A stretch of DNA of 63,658 bases, filler included, from Nitrospiraceae bacterium (GTDB lineage Bacteria; Nitrospirota; Nitrospiria; Nitrospirales; Nitrospiraceae), in NCBI GenBank assembly GCA_037442105.1. It is 3 parts of 3 records of this genome, joined end to end, with 100 filler letters (N's around TTAATTAATTAA, not from the genome) between each part and the next. Parts side by side here need not be neighbours in the genome. Positions count along the whole stretch, not along the records: positions 1 to 28,732 come from JBBIQV010000038.1; 2 more parts are not named here. One strand, given 5' to 3'. Shown here one piece after another: positions 11,210-22,300 of this stretch. A program made the position numbers and the translations under genes. The first letter of the stretch is position 1. Every line of letters starts with the position of its first letter. A model generated the notes under the pieces. The model saw only the letters and a program-made list of their open reading frames with translations, did no database searches and was not told the DNA's origin.

Positions 11210-11262
11210 CCGCGCGGTCTCGCCACCATTCCGCGCGCCATGACTCTCTTTGCGATTCTCCT

Positions 11263-11649
11263 ATGACTCCGTACGTCCTAGCCACTGTCGCCGGCATTTG
11301 GATGGCCGACGGAGTGTGCTTGCTCATCGCGCCGGGTCTGCTGATTGCGAAGCTTCGCGAGATGCTTACCCGGTCACCCTCTCTATTCCGGTGGGAAGTC
11401 ATCCCCATGATCTTCGGATTGGTGTTGATTGCCTCCGCACAAGATTTTCGCTATCAGCCGTTGTGGACAGTCACCGGCAGCGCCATGATCGCTAAAGGCA
11501 TCTTTCTCCTGGCAAGCCCTTCGTCCTGGCGCCAGCCGGTGCTGGATTGGTGCATGAGCCGCGAAGAAGTCGACTACCGCTTCTTGGGCCTCGGCCTTTG
11601 TACCCTTGCGATCCTGCTGCTGCATGCGCTAGGGTGGGTCGGCTCCTAG
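11263..11649 (+). CDS. Hypothetical membrane protein
   Basis: Several hydrophobic segments; its stop TAG is part of the MITE target site. Confidence 0.7.
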   Translation: MTPYVLATVAGIWMADGVCLLIAPGLLIAKLREMLTRSPSLFRWEVIPMIFGLVLIASAQDFRYQPLWTVTGSAMIAKGIFLLASPSSWRQPVLDWCMSREEVDYRFLGLGLCTLAILLLHALGWVGS

Positions 11650-11753
11650 CCCGCATTATTCATGAACGCTTCTGCTGCAATCGCGGATTCGCCTGCCTGT
11701 GCCGGGCACGGCAGACAGGCGATTTCGCGACGAACCGTCATGAATAATGCGGG
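11650..11753. mobile_element. MITE-like element, copy 1 (104 bp)
   Basis: TIR CCCGCATTATTCATGA...TCATGAATAATGCGGG with CTAG on both sides. Confidence 0.85.
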
Positions 11754-11795
11754 CTAGGCATAACCTGCTCATCTCCCACTCCGAGGGGGAAAAGT

Positions 11796-12089
11796 ATGGA
11801 CCGGCGTATGATCGCATCGCTATGGGAAGCTCACAGCCAAACCCAGTGGCCTCAGCTCAACAACCCCAACGAAGGTCAGTTAATGATGTTGGACACCGTG
11901 ATCGGTGGATGCGCGGTCTATTACCTGGACAGCGAGACAGAACTCGACTCGCAGCGAGTCAGCATTCTCGAGGATTGTATTTCCGATCTCGATACGCTGT
12001 TGGACGGCCTGACCGACGATTGCAGACCTTACTTCGAACGAGTGAAGCGGTTGGCTCGAATGTTGATCGAGACGCAGCAGGCCGCCTGA
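11796..12089 (+). CDS. Hypothetical protein
   Basis: SD GAGGGGG before ATG, plausible helical composition. Confidence 0.65.
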   Translation: MDRRMIASLWEAHSQTQWPQLNNPNEGQLMMLDTVIGGCAVYYLDSETELDSQRVSILEDCISDLDTLLDGLTDDCRPYFERVKRLARMLIETQQAA

Positions 12090-12148
12090 GAGATCGACTT
12101 TTGCAGATGGGGCGGAACCGGATGATCCGCCCCATCCGAATCCTACTC

Positions 12149-12601
12149 TCAGAGCGTTTCCACAATATCCTTTTTCATCGGACCGAGGAGCCCCAGCAGT
12201 TCACCCTTTTCCTGCGGCGGCACTTTGAACTTATCCAACGCCGCCACAAGATCTTCTACCAAGGCGGTGAAGTCGGCATTGGAAATCTTCATACCGGCAT
12301 GGGTGGTCTTCATATCCCGCCCGGTATAAGCGCACGGGCCACCGGTCGCCATGCAGACCTGATCCACCAAATGTTTCTTCAGCTTGGGAATGTCCGTCGT
12401 GGCAAATCTCCCATTGATCCTGGTATCCGCTGCGACATTGGCCACGAACTGATCCACCACCGCACTGATCGCCCCCTTGCCTCCTAACCGGTCATACAGC
12501 GACTTTCCCGGCACCACCCCACCGCCCATCTCGGCACAACCCACACTGGCAAGCGCCAGCGCTCCTGCGAAAAGCCCTACGATTCGTTCACCGATTCGCA
12601 T
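12149..12601 (-). CDS. Group I truncated hemoglobin with lipoprotein signal
   Basis: SLYDRLGG, YTGRDMKTTHAGM; lipobox-like LASVG-C; SD AGGAGG. Confidence 0.9.
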   Translation of the reverse strand: MRIGERIVGLFAGALALASVGCAEMGGGVVPGKSLYDRLGGKGAISAVVDQFVANVAADTRINGRFATTDIPKLKKHLVDQVCMATGGPCAYTGRDMKTTHAGMKISNADFTALVEDLVAALDKFKVPPQEKGELLGLLGPMKKDIVETL

Positions 12602-12798
12602 TATTCGCCCCCTCCTGGTTATGAGAAACAACATCCTGCCTCTTCTCCATCCTCCTCGACTCCCTTGGCAATGAACCAAGGTAGGCATCACTCACGATCT
12701 TGACGCCGCACTATAGGGTCACTATGATCTATTGGTCAAATATATCTTTTTAATGTTTTCTATAATCAGGAGCTATTGAAAGGACTACGGCATCTATC

Positions 12799-13740
12799 AT
12801 GGAACTCCGGCACATCCGGTACTTTCTCGCCGTGGCGTCCTGTCAGAATTTCACCCGGGCGGCGGACACCGTCCATGTGTCTCAACCTTCGTTATCAGTC
12901 CAGATTGGCGCGCTCGAAGAGGAGCTCGGCACCAGACTGTTCGACCGGCTTGGTCGAAAGGTCGCGCTCACCCAAGCCGGAGAATTGTTCCGGCAACATG
13001 CGGAGCGCGCGCTGCGGGAACTCGAACATGCGACGCAGGCCGTTCAAGAACTGCATGGAGCGAAACGAGGACGGCTTATCGTCGGCACCCTCTCTACCGT
13101 CAACTCCTACCTGATTCCCCCGGTAGCCTCTCGCTTCAAACAGCGCTTTCCAGGCATTCACTTACAAGTCCATGCTCACCCCTCGGCCGACATCGTCGCG
13201 GCCCTCTTGGCCAACCGGTTGGACCTCGGCATTTGCTTATTTCCCGTAGCCCAGGACCGGTTGACGACGATTCCATTATTCGACGAACGGCTCGTCCTCG
13301 TGGCCCCGTCATCGTACCCCATCCACAAACCGCGGCTCCGGATGAAGGAGCTTGGAGGCCTCCCCCTAGTGCTGATGCCGGCCGATTATTGTCTGCGAAA
13401 GATGATCGAGGGCGAGTGTCTTCACGCGGGCATCCACCCGGAAGTCGTCCTGGAGATGAGTTCTCCGGAGGGTATTCTCCAAGCGGTGACGGAGGGAACC
13501 GGGCTCACCGTCCTGCCGGAATTGTATGTACGTTTGAGGCTGCCGGGGGCCGATTTGAAAATTATCGACCTATACGACCCTACTCCTCGGCATGCGGTCG
13601 GGCTGGCCTATATGACGGGACGATACCAAAACCTCGCCGCCAAAGAGTTTGCCAGCCTCTGCCAGAGCACTATGGCAGAACTGCTTGCCCATTCCATGCG
13701 GTCCGCGCGACCCAGAACTCGATCGCGTCTTGCCCGGTAA
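12799..13740 (+). CDS. LysR-family transcriptional regulator (CynR-like)
   Basis: MELRHIRYF, NFTRAA, SQPSLS HTH; divergent from the globin gene. Confidence 0.92.
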   Translation: MELRHIRYFLAVASCQNFTRAADTVHVSQPSLSVQIGALEEELGTRLFDRLGRKVALTQAGELFRQHAERALRELEHATQAVQELHGAKRGRLIVGTLSTVNSYLIPPVASRFKQRFPGIHLQVHAHPSADIVAALLANRLDLGICLFPVAQDRLTTIPLFDERLVLVAPSSYPIHKPRLRMKELGGLPLVLMPADYCLRKMIEGECLHAGIHPEVVLEMSSPEGILQAVTEGTGLTVLPELYVRLRLPGADLKIIDLYDPTPRHAVGLAYMTGRYQNLAAKEFASLCQSTMAELLAHSMRSARPRTRSRLAR

Positions 13741-14005
13741 CACTCCTTCCTTCTGAGCCCTATCCCGCGTCCGAAAGCTGCCTCTATTGGATTGCTTGGA
13801 CCAGACCATTCTGTGGCTGCTCCCCCATTCTCAGTCTCCGTAGAGAATGCCCGTGCCGAACGTATCCACTAGCCTCGCCTGTAGAGTGAGGTTCCTTGCA
13901 TGTTACTAGAGCGTCCGCTAGAATGCGTCCGCTGCCTCATGTCCTACCGCAGGTGGCCAATTCCCGTTTGCACATCCCCAGTGATGTGAAGGTAAGGAGG
14001 AGTCG

Positions 14006-14533
14006 ATGAAGGAGAGATTGTGGCTGGCACTCGGTCTCAGTGTGCTAGTCCTGATGAGTCACACAACGCTCACCGCTGCAGAGCCTTATGAACTCAGCAA
14101 GAACGACATCATGGATCCCAAAGCCGTCACGAGTGCGGAGGTCTTACTCTTCGGAGTGAAACTGGGCGATCCGGAAGGCAAGGCTGTAGACGTCTTGGTC
14201 AATGAGAAGATCCCCGGCATCAAGGCAGAACAGGAAGCCACCTTCATTTTCCTCCTCGACCAGCGTAAGCCGACGGGACCGATGGCGGGCGTCCGTGTGC
14301 AGGACGGGAAAGTCGATCTGATCTTTATTAATAACCGCTTCGCCTACAAAACCCGCGGGATTTTCCGGAATGTGCTCAACAGCGAAAGCCCGGACGAAGT
14401 GCGCAAGATCCTGGGAAAAGAAGACTACGGTGACGAGAACGTCATGGGCGCGGCGCTCATCTATGAGAAGCAAGGGCTCCAGGTCAATTATCTCGGCAAG
14501 GACGTCAATGTGGAGTTTACGCTGCCGCACTGA
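14006..14533 (+). CDS. Exported hypothetical protein
   Basis: Strong SD, signal peptide. Confidence 0.75.
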   Translation: MKERLWLALGLSVLVLMSHTTLTAAEPYELSKNDIMDPKAVTSAEVLLFGVKLGDPEGKAVDVLVNEKIPGIKAEQEATFIFLLDQRKPTGPMAGVRVQDGKVDLIFINNRFAYKTRGIFRNVLNSESPDEVRKILGKEDYGDENVMGAALIYEKQGLQVNYLGKDVNVEFTLPH

Positions 14534-14643
14534 TCCACGCCACGCCTCCGGTTGCTTGGACGCAGGTGAATACACTGCGGAGATCGAGCGGGGAGGAGGA
14601 CCGACTCGATAGAGGATCGGCAAGCGGCCGCCGGATTATCCCG

Positions 14644-15585
14644 TCACATCCCCGCCTGAACCGCATGCAGCCCATAATTGATGAGGTTCAGGGCGGTGTT
14701 CCACCGACGGTTGGAATTCAGAATCACAACGAGCAGATCGCTGCCGTCCTGGGACACTTTGGCGATCAGACAGCGTCCGGCTCGTGACGTGAAACCCGTT
14801 TTCACCCCTTCCACGCCGGGCACGCGCCCGAGGAGCCGGTTGGTATTTCTCAGCAGATAGGACCGGTGGCCGTTGACCGGCGTGATAATCTCCCGTTCTT
14901 CGCGGACCAACTGCTTGAAGATGGGGTTCTGGAGCGCGTATTCGCTTAACTTCGCGAGATCTTCAGCCGTAGAGTAATGCTCGGGGGCATCGAATCCGCA
15001 TGGATTGCTGAAGTGCGTATCGGCTAAGCCCAGCGCGGCAGCTTTGGTGTTCATCAGCATCACAAATTTGTCCTCGTCACCCCCCACGTGTTCTACCGCC
15101 GCCAAGCAGGCGTCGTTCGCTGAGACGATCAGCATCGCTTTGAGCAGATCCTCAAGGCGGAAGACTTGCCCCTCCCGCAAGCGGAGATGAATCTTGTGGG
15201 CACGGGACGCATGGCGGCTGACCATCACGTGATCGTCCAGGTGCCCAAACTCCAGGATCACCAGCGCCGACATGATCTTCGTGAGGCTGGCAGGGGATAA
15301 ACGCTTGCTCGACTCGAACTCGTAAAGCGTGCGCCCCGTCTTCAGGTCTTTGAGCAAGACGCTATGAGCGGGAACCCGGCGCCACGGCAAGAAGTGCGTG
15401 CTCGCGACCGGAGAAATGATCGGCGCCTGGCGAGAGGAGGAAAAGGAGGAATCCGCTGCTTCGGCTGCTTGGCTGAAAGCAATAAGCAGTGTCGCGATAA
15501 GAAGGCACCCGACACCACCACCGGAACCCCGATCACTCGCCCTCGTCATACGGGGCTCCCCAAGCCATCCAAGCTTACATCGCAA
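14644..15585 (-). CDS. D-alanyl-D-alanine carboxypeptidase (peptidase S11)
   Basis: ASLTK (SxxK), SAN, KTG motifs; start uncertain. Confidence 0.92.
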   Translation of the reverse strand: MRCKLGWLGEPRMTRASDRGSGGGVGCLLIATLLIAFSQAAEAADSSFSSSRQAPIISPVASTHFLPWRRVPAHSVLLKDLKTGRTLYEFESSKRLSPASLTKIMSALVILEFGHLDDHVMVSRHASRAHKIHLRLREGQVFRLEDLLKAMLIVSANDACLAAVEHVGGDEDKFVMLMNTKAAALGLADTHFSNPCGFDAPEHYSTAEDLAKLSEYALQNPIFKQLVREEREIITPVNGHRSYLLRNTNRLLGRVPGVEGVKTGFTSRAGRCLIAKVSQDGSDLLVVILNSNRRWNTALNLINYGLHAVQAGM

Positions 15586-15595
15586 GCAGAATGTG

Positions 15596-15784
15596 TCACA
15601 GACTATAAGACTCTCTCACTTTGGAGCCGCGGTACCCACTGTCGAGCACCTTGTGAAAGAATCGGAGCAGGTCGGCCAGATCGATCCAGAACCCGCAGTT
15701 GAGGCAACGAGCATAAAGGCGACGGTTCATCAGCGTATAGTGCCGCTCGATCATCATGAAGCCTTTGCACTTTAAGCAATCCAT
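15596..15784 (-). CDS. Small zinc-ribbon-like protein
   Basis: MDCLKC...RCLNCG double CxxC. Confidence 0.65.
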   Translation of the reverse strand: MDCLKCKGFMMIERHYTLMNRRLYARCLNCGFWIDLADLLRFFHKVLDSGYRGSKVRESYSL

Positions 15785-15894
15785 ACGACACACTTGTCGT
15801 TCCCCTGTTCTCGCCTCGGCAGCCTGGCGCCGTCGCCGGCAAACACCGGACTGAACCCTCAGCCGCGCGTCGATCACCGGTTCCTACAACGGCA

Positions 15895-16068
15895 TCAGCG
15901 GAGGCGGTTCAGGATCAATGCCAGACATCCAGCGAAGAGGCCCCCACCCAGGATGGTCAACGCGAAAGACAGGGAAGCGCTTGGCCCCCCGGCCGGACGC
16001 GTGCCATACAGCAGGTCGCGAACTCCACCCTGAATCATCAGCACCGACAGGGTCGTGAGCGACCCCAT
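15895..16068 (-). CDS. Possible small membrane protein
   Basis: Short hydrophobic ORF in the same orientation as its neighbours. Confidence 0.35.
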   Translation of the reverse strand: MGSLTTLSVLMIQGGVRDLLYGTRPAGGPSASLSFALTILGGGLFAGCLALILNRLR

Positions 16069-16234
16069 GTTAAACCACCAGAAGAATGCCCTCACTGAGC
16101 CTATTTGCGCTCCTGTGCACGACCCACTTAGGCTGCAGCTCTTTCTGGTGGCCACTCTAAAGCAGGGTCTAAGGCCTGTCAAGGTTAAGGATCAGTCTGA
16201 ACGGCGCTGCGCGCTCTCCCGCACGGAACAGCCG

Positions 16235-17419
16235 TTATCCCGCACCTCTACCACCGGCAGGCGAGAGCGTCTTCAGTCCACGATGAAGGAAAATCGTCAC
16301 GCTCCCGGCGCCATTGTCGGCAACCACAAGACCGGGCTCCTCGAGATCCTTCGTCGTCACGCGAAACATCGCTAACGCGAACGGACCGGGTTTCGTGCGA
16401 TAGTTCCTCGGCGGATATTCAAATGTCCCGTCTCCACGTCCAAAGAGAATCGACAAATCGTTCGACTGAATGTTCACGATGGCCACATCTGAGAGATGGT
16501 CGCCATTGAAGTCCCGAGCCAGACCGAAATTGGGCCCGGCATCGGCTCCCGAGTCCTTGCCGGTCTGAAATGTCGCGTTACCATTCCCCAGGAAGGTTGT
16601 GAACGTATCACGCTCGCCGTTGATCACCAGTAGATCCTGCACCCGATCATTATTGAAGTCGGCGAAGCTGACGCCCAAGGGCCGTTTTCCCGTTCGGTAA
16701 TCCGTAGGGCCGCGAAACGTCCCGTCGCCCGCGCCGATCCAGATCGACACGGCACTGGACATCGGCCCCCCATTGGAGACGGCAAGGTCGATCTTCCCAT
16801 CACCATTAAGATCTCCCAGCGCCACACCGGTGGGCGTATCGCCGTATTCGTATTGTGCCCCGTGCTGGAACTCACCCGTTCCCGTCCCAAGGAATATTTT
16901 GATCTTGTCGTTCCGTAACGCCACGACGAGATCCGGCTTCTGGTCCCCATTTAAATCGTCGCTGGCAATCGCCACGGGCGTGCGGTGCACAGGATACTGC
17001 GGTCCTTCTTCGAACTTCCCGTTCACGCGGCCGAGCAAGACCGACACTTGATCACTCCCCGAACAGGCCAACGCGACGTCCGGGTTGCCATCGCGGTTGA
17101 AATCGTGCACGGCTAGCGCCCGGGGTTCTTTACAGACGTTGAGTTGGACTTGGTCTTTAAACGTTCCGTCGCCGTTCCCGAAGAGAACAGAGAGCGTACT
17201 GTTGCCGATATTGGTCGTAACAAGATCGGTGAAGCCGTCGTGATTCAGATCGGTGGTCATCACCGCCGTCGGATTCTTTCCGACCGGATAGCTGGCAAAC
17301 AGGTAGAACGGGTCGGGGGGCACATATGGATCCTGCTTGGAGCACCCCCAGAGGAGCGCTGTGGCGGACAACACTGCAATGATGGGGCCCTGACAGCCGC
17401 GCGGTCTTCGCTGAATCAT
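16235..17419 (-). CDS. FG-GAP/VCBS-repeat lipoprotein
   Basis: Repeated DLNGDGxxD...GxGDGTF units; LLWG-C lipobox-like. Confidence 0.9.
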   Translation of the reverse strand: MIQRRPRGCQGPIIAVLSATALLWGCSKQDPYVPPDPFYLFASYPVGKNPTAVMTTDLNHDGFTDLVTTNIGNSTLSVLFGNGDGTFKDQVQLNVCKEPRALAVHDFNRDGNPDVALACSGSDQVSVLLGRVNGKFEEGPQYPVHRTPVAIASDDLNGDQKPDLVVALRNDKIKIFLGTGTGEFQHGAQYEYGDTPTGVALGDLNGDGKIDLAVSNGGPMSSAVSIWIGAGDGTFRGPTDYRTGKRPLGVSFADFNNDRVQDLLVINGERDTFTTFLGNGNATFQTGKDSGADAGPNFGLARDFNGDHLSDVAIVNIQSNDLSILFGRGDGTFEYPPRNYRTKPGPFALAMFRVTTKDLEEPGLVVADNGAGSVTIFLHRGLKTLSPAGGRGAG

Positions 17420-17706
17420 CGGCTCGCTACCTGCACATGCTCGCCCTCAGTGTTCTGCAACCGGGAAGCTCATGCGACAACGGACGTGCGTGAGGACCGT
17501 CACGCAACGATGGAAGGCATGATGGTGTCGCGCGGATGAGGGGTGCAGTATACCCATCCGTGCTTCACCTGTGCAATGGACCCTTCCGAGAGCCAGACAG
17601 GACCTCCGTTGCCATTAGCACCCCGCTTTCGCGAGCCCTGCAGGAACTCCCTTTGAAAATTGCGGAATACTTGGGCTACAATGCGCCCGTCATAGAGGAG
17701 GACTCA

Positions 17707-18027
17707 ATGAGCGACACTGTGAAGATTGAACTCACCATGTACGGCGTGGCCGAAGTGCTCAAGTGGTGCATTGATCGGAACAAAGGACGCATCCCAGGGG
17801 TCGATACAGCCGGTTTCAAGAAGATGCAGGCCTTGTTGGCGGAGAAACCGCAAGCCGGCGACTATCATACGCTGGATCAGTTCTGGAAGAAAAAGGTCGT
17901 ATTGGATCTGACCGATGAGGAAGTGGCGACGATTGATCGGTGCCTCTACGACATTCCCAATTTCGACAATGTGCCTCTTCCACAAATCCGGCACATGTTC
18001 TGGCCCAGGGAAGCTGCGGCACACTAA
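17707..18027 (+). CDS. Hypothetical protein
   Basis: SD GAGGAGG before ATG 17707. Confidence 0.7.
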   Translation: MSDTVKIELTMYGVAEVLKWCIDRNKGRIPGVDTAGFKKMQALLAEKPQAGDYHTLDQFWKKKVVLDLTDEEVATIDRCLYDIPNFDNVPLPQIRHMFWPREAAAH

Positions 18028-18175
18028 CCCCTTGCCTGCTCGCTCACTGCGGACGGCAGCGGGCGAGCCTCTGGTTTTGCAGCTCCTGCCGCTGCCCGCC
18101 TCCCGACTATCCTGTGCTGCACAGTTCCGAGCGAGACAGACTTCCCTACGTGAACAGCAGCGTATCTCTCCTTAA

Positions 18176-18513
18176 CCCGCATTATTCATGACGGTTCGTC
18201 GCGAAAGCGCCTGTCTGCGTGTCCGCCCGCCTGCATGGCTGCGGGCAGGCACAGGCAGGCGCAGTCGCGTCGCGAGACGGGCACGCGGAGCCGGGGGACT
18301 GACGCCCTTCCCCGCGTCTGCGCGTGGTGTCTGTCCCCGTCCGAACCGGGACAGGCGCCGTCGCGGACGACGGAGCCAGTCCCCAACAGTACGTCGAGGG
18401 GGGGGAAGCGGCGAGCCTGCCCGCCGCAGGCAGGTCGCAGCAGCCTGTCTGCCGTGCCCGGCACAGACAGGCGAATGCGCGATTGCAGCAGAAGTGCTCA
18501 TGAATAATGCGGG
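18176..18513. mobile_element. MITE-like element, copy 2 (338 bp, inverted, nested palindromes)
   Basis: Same TIRs with TTAA on both sides. Confidence 0.85.
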
Positions 18514-19104
18514 TTAATCCGAAGGCAAAGACGCCGCCTCCAATGCCAGCAGACGCCCGGCACAGAAGCGAGTCACGGGGTCGGTGTCTATGTCAGGGTC
18601 GATCCCATCCCAGATCACAGACCGTATATTCCATCGCACGATGGGGTAAAACAGGATACCCGGCCACGTCATGAGGGCAGTGCGTGCTTGCGAAAGCATC
18701 TCATCCTCCTCGACCCTGGTCCGGAATCGATGGACGATACGGTTATACCAGGAGAATGTCTCATGACGTCGGGATCTTGCCTCGACCAGCCGAAGATGCA
18801 CATCTTGTTCGGCCGTCAATGAGCTCAGGATGTCGCGTGGAGGCGATGCATGTTGACCGGCTACCGAGAATGATAGCGAGCGATGAGCCGCAGGGGAAAC
18901 GTGAACGGCCGGGCTATGGAGCGGCAATTGTTCTTGCTGTCGAGCCCGTAACAACGTCCGCCAGGACTCCTCAAGGGATCGAACCTCTTCTTCGGCACGG
19001 AGCACCTCAGGAATCATCCCGGCCAAACAGCGCCCCTCACGATCCAGCGCCGTTGTGCATCCGGTCAGCAGCGTCAGAGAGAGCACGCCTCCGAGGAGAC
19101 GCAT
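18514..19104 (-). CDS. Hypothetical lipoprotein
   Basis: LLTG-C lipobox; stop TAA lies in the MITE target site. Confidence 0.65.
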   Translation of the reverse strand: MRLLGGVLSLTLLTGCTTALDREGRCLAGMIPEVLRAEEEVRSLEESWRTLLRARQQEQLPLHSPAVHVSPAAHRSLSFSVAGQHASPPRDILSSLTAEQDVHLRLVEARSRRHETFSWYNRIVHRFRTRVEEDEMLSQARTALMTWPGILFYPIVRWNIRSVIWDGIDPDIDTDPVTRFCAGRLLALEAASLPSD

Positions 19105-19353
19105 GAAGAATCCCCCCCGTTCCCGGAACTCACTCTACGTGTTTGCGATGCGGGGATTCAAGAGGAGTCGGTGCGGTGGCGCTCCTTCTCGCAACATTTC
19201 ATCCCTCAAGAGACTTCCGTTTCCATTTCGCCCACCGGCCGGATGATTTCCTATCGGGAAAAGCGTATCCTGCAGCGGCAAGCTGAACCGATCCTGCCAC
19301 AGCAACTCCTCGGGGCTTTCATGCACTGGACTTGACAACGTTTGCTGGTCACC

Positions 19354-22300
19354 ATGTCCGATAAAGCTCCCCTACGAGAAGGGCAGGTACTCACTGGTCC
19401 TCTGTTCAGCGAGCCGATGCGGGTTGAGACGGTTCGGCCCGGTGGAGCAGAAACCTGGATCGTCGGTTTGGTCGGTACGCAGACGGAGCGATTCAGAAAC
19501 GTCACCCTCGCTCTTTCCGACATCAAATCACTTCGCATTCAAGATCCCGCCTGCACGTATGCGGGTGACGGTAATCTCCTCCGCCTCGGGCTTCAAGCCT
19601 ATGCGCTCGGCATCGCTTATGAATTTGATCCGTACTTTGGCCTTTCCATCTCACGCGTCGATCCTCTGCCGCATCAGCTGGAAGCTATCTACGATCATCT
19701 GCTGAAGCTAGCAAGGGTCAGATTTCTCCTCGCCGACGACGCCGGCGCCGGGAAAACCATCATGGCCGGCCTGCTGATTCGAGAGCTAAAACTGCGTGGA
19801 CTGGCGGAGCGCATCCTCATTGTGTGCCCAGCGAACCTCACGTTCCAATGGCAGCGCGAATTGAAGGAGAAGTTCGATGAGAAGTTCCTGGTCCTCAAGG
19901 GAGACGACATCCGTGACCAATTCGGCGTCAACCAGTGGATGGAACAAAAAACGGTCCTGACGTCGCTCGATCTGGCCAAACGGACAAACATTCTGCCGGG
20001 CCTCCGGCAAGTCCGCTGGGATCTCGTCATCGTCGATGAGGCGCACCGAATGTCCGCGTCGGATGCCGAGCACAAGAGTCAGCGGTATCGGCTGGGCGAA
20101 ATCTTGCGCGATATCAGTGACCATATTCTGTTGCTCACTGCCACGCCGCATAAGGGCATCCCAGAAAACTTCAGTCTTTTCCTGCAACTCTTGGATCAAG
20201 ACGCCTATGCCGATGTGCGCTCGATTCGCGAAGCGATGAACCGCCGGCACGCGCCGTTCTACCTCCGCCGGACTAAAGAAGCGATGGTGTATTTTCCGGA
20301 ACGGCAGCCGGACGGCAAATGGGTCGCGAGGAAGATCTTCACCAAGCGCATCCCGCACACCGTGGATTTCAAGATCGATGGCGACGAAGACCGGCTCTAT
20401 CGCGCTGTCACGGCCTATGTGAAAGCCCAGTCCCATAAGGCAGCAGCCGAAGGGGATGATCCGCGAGCCCGGGCCGTGGGATTCCTCATGGCCCTCTACC
20501 AGCGTCGGTTGGCCTCCAGCACCTATGCGCTCCGCCACTCCCTGCAGAACCGTGCCCGGCGTCTGGAGGAAGGGCTGAAGCGGGCACAAGAGTTGGCGAG
20601 ACTGGCGCCTCCCCAACTGCCCGATCCGGACGAACTCGAAGAGATGGAAGAATCCCAGCGGGAACGGCTGGAAGAAATTCTGGAGGCCATCACGCTGGCA
20701 CAAAATCCCGAGCAGGTGCGGGAGGAAATCGAAGAACTCAAGACCCTGGCAGTGCAGGCGGAGCAGGTCGAAGAGGCCGGCGTCGAGGCCAAACTCTCTC
20801 GGCTTAAAGATGTCCTGCAAGAACAAGGCTTCTTCGACCACCCGGACCAGCGCCTGCTTCTCTTCACGGAGTTCAAGGACACGCTGGACTATTTAGTGAA
20901 GCGCCTCAAGACCTGGGGCTTCCGCGTCGGCTTTATTCACGGCGGCATGAAACCAGGATCAAGAGACGAACCAGGAACTAGGCTCTACACCGAGCAGCAA
21001 TTCAGGGACGGGGCCATTCAGATGCTGGTAGCCACAGAAGCCGCCGGCGAAGGCATCAATCTACAATGCTGCCACATTCTCTTTAACTATGACATTCCGT
21101 GGAATCCCAATCGGCTTGAACAGCGCATGGGGCGCATCCATCGCTATGGCCAGGTAAAAGACTGTCTCATCTTCAACTTTGTCGCCACCAACACAGTCGA
21201 AGGGCGAGTCCTGCAGAAGCTTCTGGAAAAACTCCAAGAGATCAGAGATGCCCTGGATGACGATGCAGTTTTCAATGTGGTGGGCGAAATCCTCCCAGCC
21301 TCGCGGCTCGAAAGTGTGTTGCGGGATTACTATGCCGGCCGTATGGGAGATGCGGATCTCGAAGAGCGTCTGCTGCGGGATGTGAAAGAAAAACGCTTTC
21401 GAGAGATCTGCCAACATGCCTTGGAAGGCCTGGCGTCGAAAAAGCTCAATCTCGAAATGCTCCTTGAGCGCCGCGCACGGGCTCAGGAACGCCGGGTTGT
21501 GCCCGAAACCATCGCGCGCTTCATCCGCGAAGTGGCTCCCTTGGTGCCCTTCACCCTGAAGCCGATTCAAGCACTGCCCCACACCTTCGAGCCCGGAAGC
21601 ACACCGCCAGCCCTTCGCCGATTCGAGACCGAACAGGATTGGAAGTGCCAGCCGTTGGCGAATCGGTATCCCCGCCTCTCGACCGATCGCGAGACAGCCG
21701 AGTCACACAATCTGGAATGGGTGACACCAGGACATTCTCTCTTTGAAGCGTTGCGTCGTCACGCTTTGAGCCAAGCCCAAGACAGTTTAGCCGTTGGCGC
21801 ATGTTTCTACTCGCTCGACCACACGGCACCGACCAGGATAGATTTCTATCGAGCCCAGATCGTCGACGGGCTGGGCTATGTCGTCCATGAGCGCCTCTTC
21901 GCGGTTCAGGTCTCAGAAGACGGTACCTGTCGCCTGCACGAGCCCAGCGTACTCGGCAATCTGCAGCCAGCCCCTGCGCCCAAGACACTGCCCTTTCTTG
22001 CCACAGCTCATGATGCACAGAACTGGCTGCATCAAGAGGCCCTCACGCCGTTCCTCGAAGAAGTGCGCGCTGAACGGCTTGAAGAAGTGGACCGCATACG
22101 AACCCATGTCGAACTGTCGCTGCAGGAGCTTCTGGAAAAAGAAGATCGGCTCATTGGCCGCTTTGCAGAAGAAGCGGAGCGAGGGGTCGAAGGAGCCGCA
22201 GGCAGTCTCAAACTGGCGGAAGACCGACATGCTGTGCTGCTTGCTCGGAGAGAGAAACGCCGGCAGGAACTGGATCGGCAACGTTCGCTCACGCTGCAAT

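Noticed and set aside
11547..18517. ORFs ending ...VMNNAG or containing ARIIHERFCC
   Set aside because: Translations of the MITE termini, not a protein family
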